A DNA stretch of 64,000 nucleotides from Nemertoderma westbladi. Its lineage: Eukaryota; Animalia; Xenacoelomorpha. A program made the translations under genes and the position numbers. The stretch is from positions 19,995 to 83,994 of the forward strand of contig JAUCBJ010004223.1 in NCBI GenBank assembly GCA_032718475.1. Direction: 5' to 3'. The notes under the pieces were generated by a model that worked only from the letters and a program-made list of their open reading frames with translations, was not told the origin of the DNA and did not search any database. Each line of letters begins with the position of its first letter. Position 1 is the stretch's first letter. This document shows, in pieces, positions 36,201-51,645 of this stretch.

Positions 36201-39200
36201 AGAGATTTCTAATTAATAATAAAGCCATTAGAGATTTCTAATTAATAATAAAGGCATTAGAGATTTCTAATTAATAATAAAGGCATTAGAGATTTCTAAT
36301 TAATAATAAAGGCATTAGAGATTTCTAATTAATAATAAAGCCATTAGAGATTTCTAATTAATAATAAAGGCATTAGAGATTTCTAATTAATAATAAAGGC
36401 AATAGAGATTTCTAATTAATAATAAAGGCATTAGAGATTTCTAATTAATAATAAAGGCATTAGAGATTTCTAATTAATAATAAAGGCGTTAGAGATTTCT
36501 AATTAATAATAAAGGCATTAGAGATTTCTAATTAATAATAAAGGCATTAGAGATTTCTAATTAATAATAAAGGCATTAGAGATTTCTAATTAATAATAAA
36601 GGCATTAGAGATTTCTAATTAATAATAAAGCCATTAGAGATTTCTAATTAATAATAAAGGCATTAGAGATTTCTAATTAATAATAAAGCCATTAGAGATT
36701 TCTAATTAATAATAAAGGCATTAGAGATTTCTAATTAATAATAAAGCCATTAGAGATTTCTAATTAATAATAAAGGCATTAGAGATTTCTAATTAATAAT
36801 AAAGGCGTTAGAGATTTCTAATTAATAATAAAGGCATTAGAGATTTCTAATTAATAATAAAGGCAATAGAGATTTCTAATTAATAATAAAGGCATTAGAG
36901 ATTTCTAATTAATAATAAAGGCATTAGAGATTTCTAATTAATAATAAAGGCATTAGAGATTTCTAATTAATAATAAAGGCATTAGAGATTTCTAATTAAT
37001 AATAAAGGCATTAGAGATTTCTAATTAATAATAAAGGCAATAGAGATTTCTAATTAATAATAAAGGCATTAGAGATTTCTAATTAATAATAAAGGCATTA
37101 GAGATTTCTAATTAATAATAAAGGCATTAGAGATTTCTAATTAATAATAAAGGCAATAGAGATTTCTAATTAATAATAAAGGCATTAGAGATTTCTAATT
37201 AATAATAAAGGCATTAGAGATTTCTAATTAATAGTAAAGGCATTAGAGATTTCTAATTAATAATAAAGGCATTAGAGATTTCTAATTAATAATAAAGGCA
37301 TTAGAGATTTCTAATTAATAATAAAGGCATTAGAGATTTCTAATTAATAATAAAGGCATTAGAGATTTCTAATTAATAGTAAAGGCATTAGAGATTTCTA
37401 ATTAATAATAAAGGCATTAGAGATTTCTAATTAATAATAAAGGCATTAGAGATTTCTAATTAATAATAAAGGCATTAGAGATTTCTAATTAATAATAAAG
37501 GCATTAGAGATTTCTAATTAATAATAAAGGCATTAAAGATTTCTAATTAATAATAAAGGCATTAGAGATTTCTAATTAATAATAAAGGCATTAGAGATTT
37601 CTAATTAATAATAAAGGCATTAGAGATTTCTAATTAATAATAAAGGCATTAGAGATTTCTAATTAATAATAAAGGCATTAGAGATTTCTAATTATTAATA
37701 AAGGCATTAGATATTTCTAATTAATAATAAAGGCATTAGAGATTTCTAATTAATAATAAAGGCATTAGAGATTTCTAATTAATAATAAAGGCAATAGAGA
37801 TTTCTAATTATTAATAAAGGCATTAGAGATTTCTAATTAATAATAAAGGCATTAGAGATTTCTAATTAATAATAAAGGCATTAGAGACTTCTAATTAATA
37901 ATAAAGGCATTAGAGATTTCTAATTAATAATAAAGGCATTAGAGATTTCTAATTAATAATAAAGGCATTAGAGATTTCTAATTAATAATAAAGGCATTAG
38001 AGATTTGTAATTAATAATAAAGGCATTAGAGATTTCTAATTAATAATAAAGGCATTAGAGATTTCTAATTAATAATAAAGGCGTTAGAGATTTCTAATTA
38101 ATAATAAAGGCGTTAGAGATTTGTAATTAATAATAAAGGCATTAGAGATTTCTAATTAATAATAAAGGCATTAGAGATTTCTAATTAATAATAAAGGCGT
38201 TAGAGATTTCTAATTAATAATAACAAAGGCAATAGAGATTTCTAATTAATAATAAAGGCATTAGAGATTTCTAATTAATAATAAAGGCATTAGAGATTTC
38301 TAATTAATAATAAAGGCATTAGAGATTTCTAATTAATAATAAAGGCATTAGAGATTTCTAATTAATAATAAAGGCATTAGAGATTTCTAATTAATAATAA
38401 AGGCATTAGAGATTTCTAATTATTAATAAAGGCATTAGAGATTTCTAATTAATAATAAAGGCATTAGAGATTTTTAATTAATAATAAAGGCATTAGAGAC
38501 TTCTAATTAATAATAAAGGCAATAGAGATTTCTAATTAATAATAAAGGCATTAGAGATTTCTAATTAATAATAAAGGCATTAGAGATTTCTAATTAATAA
38601 TAAAGGCATTAGAGATTTCTAATTAATAATAAAGGCAATAGAGATTTCTAATTAATAATAAAGGCATTAGAGATTTATAATTAATAATAAAGGCATTAGA
38701 GATTTCTAATTAATAATAAAGGCAATAGAGATTTCTAATTATTAATAAAGGCATTAGAGATTTCTAATTAATAATAAAGGCATTAGAGATTTCTAATTAA
38801 TAATAAAGGCATTAGAGATTTTTAATTAATAATAAAGGCATTAGAGATTTCTAATTAATAATAAAGGCATTAGAGATTTCTAATTAATAATAAAGGCATT
38901 AGAGATTTTTAATTAATAATAAAGGCATTAGAGATTTCTAATTAATAATAAAGGCATTAGAGATTTCTAATTAATAATAAAGGCATTAGAGATTTTTAAT
39001 TAATAATAATGGCATTAGAGACTTCTAATTAATAATAAAGGCAATAGAGATTTCTAATTATTAATAAAGGCATTAGAGATTTCTAATTAATAATAAAGGC
39101 ATTAGAGATTTTTAATTAATAATAAAGGCATTAGAGACTTCTAATTAATAATAAAGGCAATAGAGATTTCTAATTAATAATAAAGGCATTAGAGATTTCT

Positions 39201-42200
39201 AATTAATAATAAAGGCATTAGAGATTTCTAATTAATAATAAAGGCATTAGAGATTTCTAATTAATAATAAAGGCAATAGAGATTTCTAATTAATAATAAA
39301 GGCATTAGAGATTTATAATTAATAATAAAGGCATTAGAGATTTCTAATTAATAATAAAGGCAATAGAGATTTCTAATTATTAATAAAGGCATTAGAGATT
39401 TCTAATTAATAATAAAGGCATTAGAGATTTTTAATTAATAATAAAGGTATTAGAGACTTCTAATTAATAATAAAGGCAATAGAGATTTCTAATTAATAAT
39501 AAAGGCATTAGAGATTTCTAATTAATAATAAAGGCATTAGAGATTTCTAATTAATAATAAAGGCATTAGAGATTTCTAATTAATAATAAAGGCGTTAGAG
39601 ATTTGTAATTAATAATAAAGGCACTAGAGATTTCTAATTAATAATAAAGGCATTAGAGATTTCTAATTAATAATAAAGGCATTAGAGATTTCTAATTAAT
39701 AATAAAGGCGTTAGAGATTTGTAATTAATAATAAAGGCACTAGAGATTTCTAATTAATAATAAAGGCATTCGAGATTTCTAATTAATAATAAAGGCGTTA
39801 GAGATTTGTAATTAATAATAAAGGCATTAGAGATTTCTAATTAATAATAAAGGCATTAGAGATTTCTAATTAATAATAAAGGCGTTAGAGATTTGTAATT
39901 AATAATAAAGGCACTAGAGATTTCTAATTAATAATAAAGGCATTAGAGATTTCTAATTAATAATAAAGGCATTAGAGATTTCTAATTAATAATAAAGGCG
40001 TTAGAGATTTGTAATTAATAATAAAGGCACTAGAGATTTCTAATTTAATAAAGGCATTCGAGATTTCTAATTAATAATAAAGGCGTTAGAGATTTGTAAT
40101 TAATAATAAAGGCACTAGAGATTTCTAATTAATAATAAAGGCATTAGAGATTTCTAATTAATAATAAAGGCATTAGAGATTTCTAATTAATAATAAAGGC
40201 ATTATAGATTTTTAATTAATAATAAAGGCATTAGAGATTTCTAATTAATAACAACAAAGGCATTAGAGATTTCTAATTAATAATAAAGGCATTAGAGATT
40301 TCTAATTAATAATAAAGGCATTCGAGATTTCTAATTAATAATAAAGGCGTTAGAGATTTGTAATTAATAATAAAGGCATTAGAGATTTGTAATTAATAAT
40401 AAAGGCATTAGAGATTTCTAATTAATAATAAAGGCGTTAGAGATTTCTAATTAATAATAAAGGCAATAGAGATTTCTAATTAATAATAAAGGCAATAGAG
40501 ATTTCTAATTATTAATAAAGGCATTAGAGATTTCTAATTAATAATAAAGGCATTAGAGATTTTTAATTAATAATAAAGGCATTAGAGACTTCTAATTAAT
40601 AATAAAGGCAATAGAGATTTCTAATTAATAATAAAGGCATTAAAGATTTCTAATTAATAATAAAGGCATTAGAGATTTTTAATTAATAATAAAGGCATTA
40701 GAGACTTCTAATTAATAATAAAGGCAATAGAGATTTCTAATTAATAATAAAGGCATTAGAGATTTCTAATTAATAATAAAGGCATTAGAGATTTCTAATT
40801 ATTAATAAAGGCATTAGAGATTTCTAATTAATAATAAAGGCATTAGAGATTTTTAATTAATAATAAAGGCATTAGAGACTTCTAATTAATAATAAAGGCA
40901 ATAGAGATTTCTAATTAATAATAAAGGCATTAGAGATTTCTAATTAATAATAAAGGCATTAGAGATTTCTAATTAATAATAAAGGCATTACAGATTTCTA
41001 ATTAATAATAAAGGCATTAGAGATTTCTAATTAATAATAAAGGCATTAGAGATTTCTAATTAATAATAAAGGCATTAGAGATTTCTAATTAATAATAAAG
41101 GCATTAGAGATTTCTAATTAATAATAAAGGCATTAGAGATTTCTAATTAATAATAAAGGCATTAGAGATTTTTAATTAATAATAAAGGCATTAGAGATTT
41201 CTAATTATTAATAAAGGCATTAGAGATTTCTAATTAATAATAAAGGCATTAGAGATTTCTAATTATTAATAAAGGCATTAGAGATTTCTAATTAATAATA
41301 AAGGCATTAGAGATTTTTAATTAATAATAAAGGCATTAGAGATTTCTAATTATTAATAAAGGCATTAGAGATTTCTAATTAATAATAAAGGCATTAGAGA
41401 TTTTTAATTAATAATAAAGGCATTAGAGATTTCTAATTATTAATAAAGGCATTAGAGATTTCTAATTAATAATAAAGGCATTAGAGATTTCTAAGTATTA
41501 ATAAAGCATTAGAGATTTCTAATTAATAATAAAGGCATTAGAGATTTTTAATTAATAATAAAGGCATTAGAGATTTCTAATTATTAATAAAGGCATTAGA
41601 GATTTCTAATTAATAATAAAGGCATTAGAGATTTCTAATTAATAATACAGGCATTAGAGATTTCTAATTAATAATAAAGGCATTAGAGATTTCTAATTAA
41701 TAATACAGGCATTAGAGATTTCTAATTAATAATAAAGGCATTAGAGATTTCTAATTAATAATACAGGCATTAGAGATTTCTAATTAATAATAAAGGCATT
41801 AGAGATTTTTAATTAATAATAAAGGCATTAGAGATTTATAATTAATAATAAAGGCATTAGAGATTTCTAATTAATAATAAAGGCATTAGAGATTTCTAAT
41901 TAATAATAAAGGCATTAGAGATTTCTAATTAATAATAAAGGCATTAGAGATTTCTAATTAATAATAAAGGCATTAGAGATTTCTAATTAATAATAAAGGC
42001 ATTAGAGATTTCTAATTAATAATAAAGGCATTAGAGATTTCTAATTAATAATACAGGCATTAGAGATTTCTAATTAATAATAAAGGCATTAGAGATTTCT
42101 AATTAATAATACAGGCATTAGAGATTTCTAATTAATAATAAAGGCATTAGAGATTTCTAATTAATAATACAGGCATTAGAGATTTCTAATTAATAATAAA

Positions 42201-45200
42201 GGCATTAGAGATTTTTAATTAATAATAAAGGCATTAGAGATTTCTAATTAATAATAAAGGCATTAGAGATTTCTAATTAATAATAAAGGCATTAGAGATT
42301 TCTAATTAATAATAAAGGCATTAGAGATTTCTAATTAATAATAAAGGCATTAGAGATTTCTAATTAATAATAAAGGCATTAGAGATTTCTAATTAATAAT
42401 AAAGGCATTAGAGATTTCTAATTAATAATAAAGGCATTAGAGATTTCTAATTAATAATAAAGGCATTAGAGATTTCTAATTATTAATAAAGGCATTAGAG
42501 ATTTCTAATTAATAATAAAGGCATTAGAGATTTTTAATTAATAATAAAGGCATTAGAGATTTCTAATTAATAATACAGGCATTAGAGATTTCTAATTAAT
42601 AATAAAGGCATTAGAGATTTCTAATTAATAATACAGGCATTAGAGATTTCTAATTAATAATAAAGGCATTAGAGATTTTTAATTAATAATAAAGGCATTA
42701 GAGATTTCTAATTAATAATAAAGGCATTAGAGATTTCTAATTAATAATAAAGGCATTAGAGATTTCTAATTAATAATAAAGGCATTAGAGATTTCTAATT
42801 AATAATAAAGGCATTAGAGATTTCTAATTAATAATAAAGGCATTATAGATTTCTAATTAATAATAAAGGCAATAGAGATTTCTAATTAATAATAACAAAG
42901 GCAATAGAGATTTCTAATTAATAATAAAGGCATTAGAGATTTCTAATTAATAATAAAGGCGTTAGAGATTTCTAATTAATAATAAAGGCATTAGAGATTT
43001 CTAATTAATAATAAAGGCAATAGAGATTTCTAATTAATAATAACAAAGGCAATAGAGATTTCTAATTAATAATAAAGGCATTAGAGATTTCTAATTAATA
43101 ATAAAGGCATTAGAGATTTCTAATTAATAATAAAGGCATTAGAGATTTCTAATTAATAATAAAGGCAATAGAGATTACTAATTAATAATAACAAAGGCAA
43201 TAGAGATTTCTAATTAATAATAAAGGCATTAGAGATTTCTAATTAATAATAAAGGCGTTAGAGATTTCTAATTAATAATAAAGGCATTAGAGATTTCTAA
43301 TTAATAATAAAGGCAATAGAGATTTCTAATTAATAATAACAAAGGCAATAGAGATTTCTAATTAATAATAAAGGCATTAGAGATTTCTAATTAATAATAA
43401 AGGCATTAGAGATTTCTAATTAATAATAAAGGCATTAGAGATTTCTAATTAATAATAAAGGCATTCGAGATTTCTAATTAATAATAAAGGCAATAGAGAT
43501 TTCTAATTAATAATAAAGGCATTAGAGATTTCTGATTAATAATAAAGGCATTAGAGATTTCTAATTAATAATAAAGGCATTAGAGATTTCTAATTAATAA
43601 TAAAGGCATTAGAGATTTCTAATTAATAATAAAGGCATTAGAGATTTCTAATTAATAATAAAGGCATTATAGATTTTTAATTAATAATACAGGCATTAGA
43701 GATTTCTAATTAATAATAAAGGCATTAGAGATTTCTAATTAATAATAAAGGCATTAGAGATTTCTAATTAATAATAAAGGCATTAGAGATTTCTAATTAA
43801 TAATATAGGCATTAGAGATTTCTAATTAATAATAAAGGCATTAGAGATTTCTAATTAATAATAAAGGCAATAGAGATTTCTAATTAATAATAAAGGCATT
43901 AGAGATTTCTAATTAATAATAAAGGCATTAGAGATTTCTAATTAATAATAAAGGCAATAGAGATTTCTAATTAATAATAAAGGCAATAGAGATTTCTAAT
44001 TAATAATAAAGGCATTAGAGATTTCTAATTAATAATAAAGGCATTAGAGATTTCTAATTAATAATAAAGGCATTAGAGATTTCTAATTAATAATAAAGGC
44101 GTTAGAGATTTCTAATTAATAATAAAGGCATTAGAGATTTCTAATTAATAATAAAGGCATTAGAGATTTCTAATTAATAATAAAGGCATTAGAGATTTCT
44201 AATTAATAATAAAGGCATTAGAGATTTCTAATTAATAATAAAGGCATTAGAGATTTCTAATTAATAATAAAGGCATTAGAGATTTCTAATTAATAATAAA
44301 GGCATTAGAGATTTCTAATTAATAATAAAGCCATTAGAGATTTCTAATTAATAATAAAGGCATTAGAGATTTCTAATTAATAATAAAGGCATTAGAGATT
44401 TCTAATTATTAATAAAGGCATTAGATATTTCTAATTAATAATAAAGCCATTAGAGATTTCTAATTAATAATAAAGGCATTAGAGATTTCTAATTAATAAT
44501 AAAGGCATTAGAGATTTCTAATTAATAATAAAGGCATTAGAGATTTCTAATTATTAATAAAGGCATTAGATATTTCTAATTAATAAGTGTTAAGGATTGG
44601 GACACGTCCGGGATAAACAAATTCTCCTCCACTACGGCGGCATTAGATAACGCTGACTCCTCGGATCCAAATCTACAAAAATTAACGGCGTTATCGGCGA
44701 CGGACTGCAGCTCAACTATTATCAAATGGTTATCACCATAATATTTGTGCACACAAACAATGTTGGCGACCAACAACGGACACTTGCACCTGTAGGTTAT
44801 GTGGATCACCAGCTGTAAACACATCCACCACTACGAATCCTGATGCTACTGTAACTGCCATTTTTCTATGAAAATAACACATCATGACACATCATCCCTT
44901 TTATATCGTAATCTTTTTATTTCTGTAATCACTGTACTGTATATAACAAATTTTTAATTTCTAATTTTAATCTGGTGCTTTATAAATATTTTAACCCGAT
45001 AACATATCGAATAAACGCCTCTACATTCAATATCGAATGATTGAATTATAGACCTAACGCATGTATAATATAATTTTAATAATTAATTGAATTAAACCAA
45101 GGGGTGCGGGTGCTAGGGGGGGGGGGGGGGGTGGGGGGGTGGTAGACAGAGAGGGGGTGGGGGGGGGGGGGGGGGTGTGGGGTGTGGTTGGTATAGAAAC

Positions 45201-47673
45201 GGAGGAATAGAAAAGCCAGCAGCAATAGAGGAAAATCAGCCTCTCACATCTCTCTTGATACTCCCCAAATACTTACACGAATATCGCATTACTGTATTAG
45301 TACATAGAACCACACTCTTGTCTGCCAGTCCAAGTTACTGTGTTAGTCTTAGTAGTAGTATCAAATTTCCCGCCTTGTAACGTCAGTTTGCGGTGGCTTA
45401 ATTAACTGTTAATAATTTCATTATTAAGATTCTTTGTTTTATAATAATTGATACCTTATTTATATTATTAAAAAAAACAAATAAGCAATAATCATATATA
45501 TTATTACATTATCAGTACTTTAATAGGAACACAGGGAATATCCATTATCGATTCTGTACACCAAAATATATGCATCCTAAAGCCAATACAGTAGGTTATT
45601 AACATTATTATACTGTTCTGAAATTACGCAATAATTAATTTTACCCATAACAACTATTAATGTACTGTACCAACATACAGCACCACAAGTTTGCTGGCTA
45701 GGGCCTATACCTACTAAATAAAATTCGGTTGTGCCATCTTTCAGTAACATCTACGATGTCAGTATAATATCAAAGCTGTAAAAAAATTCATATTATGATG
45801 AAACATATAAATGTTTCGCAAACAATTCGAATTCACAAACAATTGTAATATTGGACTAGACTGTGAAGTTCTGTTCATATAAGAGTGCGATTTAAATAGA
45901 ATTGTTGGAAACTGAAATCCACAGTTTACTAATTGTTAGGCCTAAAGTAAGGAGAGGGGAGGGGGGGGGGGGGGGTAGAATTCCTTATTAGAGATTAGCC
46001 CCAATGTCCCTCTCGTCAACCCAAGGTGTTGACGGGACATTGGGGATCTTGTTTAGTACCAAAAATATTTCAAATTTTATTTAAAACCAACAAAAAAATA
46101 AAATATCAAAGAATGAAAACTAAATTTTACTGTTTAACAGAATACTTGGTTAATATTACTGTAAGTATTTGCATTAAAATAAAAAATGTATTTGCATAAT
46201 TATCACAAAAGCACCTTTTTTATTCTTTGCTTTTGTAAATACGCTAAAAAATATATCAGTATTTGTATAAAATGCAAAATAATAAATTAAATAAATTTTA
46301 ATTATGAAATATAACAACATATTTATGGTATATAGCTATAGCTGTTTATACTATTAATATATTTATATAATATAATTAATATTATTATTATTTAGTATAA
46401 TATATTAAAGATTCAATACTAAATTGTAAATTTAACTTGTTCAATTAATAAAATAATTTCTGCTCATGGCAGTATAGGACCACAAACTTGATAAATGGGC
46501 ATACATTTAAACCAATACGACGTCACAAATGTTAACACTGTAACTGTATATCGGCACAGGTTATCTAAAGTCAATCGATAGACAATAACAAAATTAAAAA
46601 GCATTAAATAACGCGGTAGTTTGGTATCCCTACCCGGATGCGGTTTGGATGAAACAAAGACATGAAAGTTAAAAACTCAACGAACCAAAGCGTTTCTGGT
46701 CGACTGATGGACACCGAACCACACGTGAATTTAAACTGGGGATCCCAACTCGCTCCGGAACGCAACCCATACCGCGATAATAACTCATCGCTTGCTGTTG
46801 CATTGAATTGCTCTACCACAGTTGACCCACGGAAGTTTTGCACTTTGTATTTCAGTATTTCGTGCCGCTGATTCTAGAGCCTAAGATTTCATCCGGTAAC
46901 CATTGCAAGTACCATAAACCACGCGCTGTAATCGTACCGATACCACAAAGTCTCTTTAGTTTCACCTGCATGTTTGCTTTTAGCGAAGTCCTGCTTACGA
47001 GGCCAAGGGCCGGAAGTCGCGATGATAGAGTTCCGGTACGAGCCTCTCTCGACCTTCGCCGTCCAGAAATATGTGAAAACATTATCGCAAACGTACTGGC
47101 ACCCAGTCAGCCAGTGCCAATTTGTGTCGTCAACGTTTAAGACTCAGCAGTCATCTCTTGCAGAAGGAGATGAATCGTTAGGATAAGCTGCAAGTGATCC
47201 TCACCTCATAGGGATCCTCGGATATAAGGATTACAACTTCCAAACTCGAAGTTTAGAACAGCAGTATAATGCAAGCAGATTGTATAAAATAAGCAGTAGG
47301 TAGGTAGGTGGAACTTAGAACAGAGGGAAGTTGGACTCCTGAGTTTACTAAAATCCTAAGGTTATTAGCCGCTTGCGTGACTGCCGGTTTTGTCTGAGTT
47401 CGCTCGACCTAGTAGTAGTACGGTCACTGTGGAATTGTTACTGAAAGAACAGTTGATATGAGTAAACAGAAATTCTAGGCATAGGGGCCTAGTTCAATCA
47501 CAGTACTGCAGTACCGGTATTAGACTCACTAAAAATTAAAAAATATTCAATGAAATACTGAAATAGGCCTAATTATACAACAACCATCAGACCGTACTGC
47601 CGTACAGTCGTACCGAACCTGATAACCTGCAGACACGCCTAGAATACAAGTACAAGGTATAGTATGTAGAATG

Positions 47674-49418
47674 GGTTCCGCGTCGTTGGGTCCTTTGGTC
47701 GTTAGGTCCTGCGTCGTTAGGTCCTGCGTCGTTAGGTCCTGAGGCATTAGGTCCTGCGACATTAGGTCCTGCGTCATTAGGTCCTGTTGTGTCATATCGT
47801 GCGACGTTAGGTCCTGTGGAGCGTCGTTAGGTCCTGCCTGCCTGCGTCGTTAGGTCAGACTGTATTCCACTACTGTACAGTGAACAGGCTGACAGCAGGA
47901 CAGGTACCGCTACCGGTGTCCGGTAGGCCACTGTATACTGGTATACAAGGTATATGGCAATATCGTAGGTACCGGTAGTAGAAAAGGTAGGTCGGTATAA
48001 ACGGTAGGTTGGGCCTGAGAACAGCCTACCGTGACAACCCTGCAGTAAAGAGGTGGATTCGAAGGGTTGTAGCTCTTTGTATGGTTCCTGTCCCCTTCCC
48101 TTAGTGCTTCATGTCTTCGAGCAATTAAAGACAGATGTACCAGTTGTAGGACCACCCGGCGATATACAATTACGTGTTTTCATTGACTACTTTGTGTGGT
48201 GGCTGCGCCCTGATATGTTAGAAATATGGAACCATTACGACAATAATGGACCACGAACGACCAACCATGCGGAAGGTTATCATAATGCTCTGCGAACGCA
48301 TTTCCATCACAAACATCCTGATTTAGGGGAGTTCCTGTTTGTTGTTCAACAACTTATTCACAACTGCGCAATTCGGGGACGTAAATTATTGGTTGGCACA
48401 GCTGTAGCCCAACCAAAGCGACCAAGTTATCTACGAATTGATCGCGAAATAAAGTTGGCGAGGGATGATCTTGCTTCTAAATTGGACCACATGGCAGACA
48501 ACATTATTCCAATCCTAATACCCCAGCTACTGTATCCATACCTTGATCGAATGGAAAAGTTAGTCGCAGGGAAATCATTGCTGTAAGGATCCAGTTCTTA
48601 TTGTTGGATTACTACTTAACCGTGAACTTGAAAGAACTACTTAACTGAGTTATTTTTGTATACCGGTACCATTCAAAATCGTTCTAATTTTTACTTTAAT
48701 CATTTATTCATTCTTTATAGTGTTGTGTTTGTGTTATCATATGTTAATGTTGTTGAACATATGTGAAAATATGTGTTAGTAATGTTGAAGATAAAAGTAG
48801 TGCGGCTATTTGAATCAAGTTTTGAGTGGGCGTTTATTTGGGAGCGGGAGGGAGGGGGAACTTTTTTCTATTTATGTGAACTATTTTTGTAGGTCGTATG
48901 AGCAGTGCTCATGGGAACTGTGCTAGTCAATTGGTTTAGGAGAATGGTTTAGGGACGCAGTACTCGTCACCATAGAACATTACAAGCCTCGTTGCGCTCG
49001 TCCTGTTTTATCCGAAAATATATTTCATAACGTAGACTGACGATGAACTGAAGATGACACTGCGTCTCGTCACCATAGAACATTACAAGCCTCGTTGCGC
49101 TCGACCTGTTTTAGTCGAAAATATTTCTCATAACGTTAACTTTATAACTATGAAAAATGACAAAATGAAATGTGAAATGAAAAATTAAAAAAACTGAAAA
49201 ATCTGGAAACCCCCCAATCGCCAAAGCCGCAGAGGACCTAATGACGCAGGACCTAACGACCAAAGGACCTAATGACGCTATTATAGAAGACCTAATGTCG
49301 CAGGACCTAATGACGCAGGACTTAACGCCGCAGGACCTAATGCCGCAGGACCTAACGACCACTCACAGGACCTAATGACGCGGGACCTAACGACCAAAGG
49401 ACCTAATGACGCGTTACC
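47674..49418 (+). mobile_element. Internally deleted MULE/Mutator DNA transposon
   Basis: 9-bp TSD tgtagaatg (47665-47673, 49419-49427); imperfect TIRs built of 15-bp gcgtcgttaggtcct repeats; transposase fragment inside. Confidence 0.92.
48053..48586 (+). pseudogene. MULE transposase C-terminal fragment
   Basis: FIDYF..WW...WNHY...PRTTNHAEGYHN...HP.L..F: third catalytic E motif of MULE DDE domain; N-terminal part missing. Confidence 0.85.
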
Positions 49419-49799
49419 TGTAGAATGTAGGTACGGCAGTAAGGCCTGTGGAAGTATTGGCGGCGGTCTGGCAGTAGCCTACTGCAGCAGACGTTCCAGT
49501 TGTACCGCAGACAGGTAATACAGTAATAGGAAATCAAACACTAACTGCTGAACTGCTAGGCCTAGCAGAAGAACAGTGCCAGTACACATAAGGCTGCAAA
49601 GTCAATGCTAGCAGCAGCATTCAAAGAATGATACCACACAGCCCTGCAGCCAGCTGTGAGTTCATTATCCTTGCCTCACACTAAGAGTGTTGCTGCTGCT
49701 AGGATACAAATTATCTGTTATTGGCTAGAGCTGTACCATTGGTTGGCTTTCATGTTATGATATTCAAATGGATTGATGGAGGGAATTTCAAAATAGTCA

Positions 49800-51645
49800 A
49801 ATAATACAACAATAATGAAATTTTTAATATGATGTGCAATTATAAAAATCGCTGTAACTCTGGTGCAACACGACCGTATTCGATGAAATTTTCATTGTTA
49901 CGTACGGTAATTAATGCGTTTACAATTGCTATACTCAATATATTTATAATCGGTATGATTTTTAAACTATAAGAGTTTAAGAGCCGGGAATTGCCAAATT
50001 GTGGCCACATAAGCCAGATTTGACCACAAAATTGACCAGGTTCGTGCAACTCTTTAAAATTTTGGAATATGTCAATTTCGTTCTACTATCATGTTCTATA
50101 AATGACCAAAGTTAAAAAAAATATAATTCCTAGGAAGTTGTTTTATTTTTGATAAATATGTAATTTTATGGTGAAAATTGGTTAATTTTGTTAAAAATGA
50201 GTGAAAATTTGACGGTTTGGAGTAAAATTGGGTGGGTTGGGCCAACTCATATAAATTGTTGCCAGTGTCATTTTTCTTATCCTAAAACGTTCTTTAATTG
50301 AGCACAGTTTTAGAAAATATAATTCCTAGGAAGTTCTTAAACTAAAGCTCAGACTTTCAAAAAGACGGTCATTTAACGGACTTTTTTTATTTGTCTGTCA
50401 TACCTATACACTATGTCGAAATCGAAAATAGCGTGCATATTCGGATTCAGCACACCAAAATGTATCTATATAGTATATTTTGAGGTAATCTGAGGCTAAA
50501 TTTAAAAAAAATTAAAAAGTGAAAAAAATTTTGGCAAAAATTTGCCAAACTTCGAAAAATACTTAACTTGTTCGGATTTTCATGAAATTTGATACAGATG
50601 TGCCCAAAGCAATTCTAAGAAACTAATTTGAAGGATTTATGGAAAAATGCAAGTTAAGCCGATATATGACATTTTGAGTGCCTAGTTTTGGGCTAAATTT
50701 CCAGAAAATACAGATTTCCTAAGTTTGGCCCTTATTTACTACAAGAAGCAAAAACTTTTTGCATTAACATTAAATGGATAAAATGTAGAGCTATCTTATC
50801 CATCTGTGATGTTAAAGTTTCAGAAAAATATAAGCAGACAATTCGGAGAAAACCACTTTCTACCATAACCTATTTTGTCAACTTCCAAAATTACAATTTT
50901 TCGGCCCCAATTTCCGGCCCTTAATATTCAAGCAACGCACAATATCAATAACAGTAATGGAACTCCCATCTTCCCTATATATAACGCAAGTGGAACGGTT
51001 TCGTTCTAATTAAAAGATACAGAGTTATAATGATTTAAAAATTGTCAAAAATATCCAAATTTGGCCCAAAATTGGCCAAAAGTTGAATTATTGGAATACT
51101 GTTTAATATTTTTGGCCAATATTTTGACCCGATGAACAACTGTATTGGATATGTATTCGGTATGAGTTTCAATCGAAATGGCCAAGCTGCTTTGGTGATA
51201 GTGAGAAAACAATGTAAAAATTTACCATTGGGATAATTTTTGGGTAAAATTAAAATGTGGCCAAAATGGCCAAATTTGGCTAAACGAAATTTTTTAATGA
51301 AACTTGCAAATTTATCCGCGCACAAAGTCTCCGGAGAACATTTGAAGATTTCAGTCACCTTCATCCCGAATTTCACCAATTAGTGCTAGAAGTTTCCAAA
51401 TTGGGACAAATATCCACTTTTGGTTGCCAATTTGGAAATGTTGGGGAACTAAATTGAAAAAACAAAAGCGTACAAAATTCTTAGAATAACAAAAACTACA
51501 AACGTGGCAAATTTCAGAGAATATAATTCCTAGGAAGTCGTAAAACGCCCCGAGTAAGCTCCACTTTCTATATACTAATGTTGGAACGCCTACGCCCGGT
51601 GTGGGAGAATCCTCACGAAGGATCCTCCCACGTTGTGTTGTTTTT
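49800..51645. mobile_element. Probable non-autonomous DNA element (Helentron-associated-like)
   Basis: Recurrent aatataattcctaggaagt (x3) and atgaaattt/aaatttca motifs; terminal hairpin gtgggag-aatcct-cacga-aggat-cctcccac near 51600-51631; ends uncertain. Confidence 0.4.

Larger units (their letters stand above)
21004..44586. repeat. 29-bp AT-rich satellite (~640 copies in blocks 21004-21085, 22053-23448, 27344-44586)
   Basis: (aataataaaggcattagagatttctaatt)n; unit contains inverted repeat attaga-gatt-tctaat. Confidence 0.97.
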
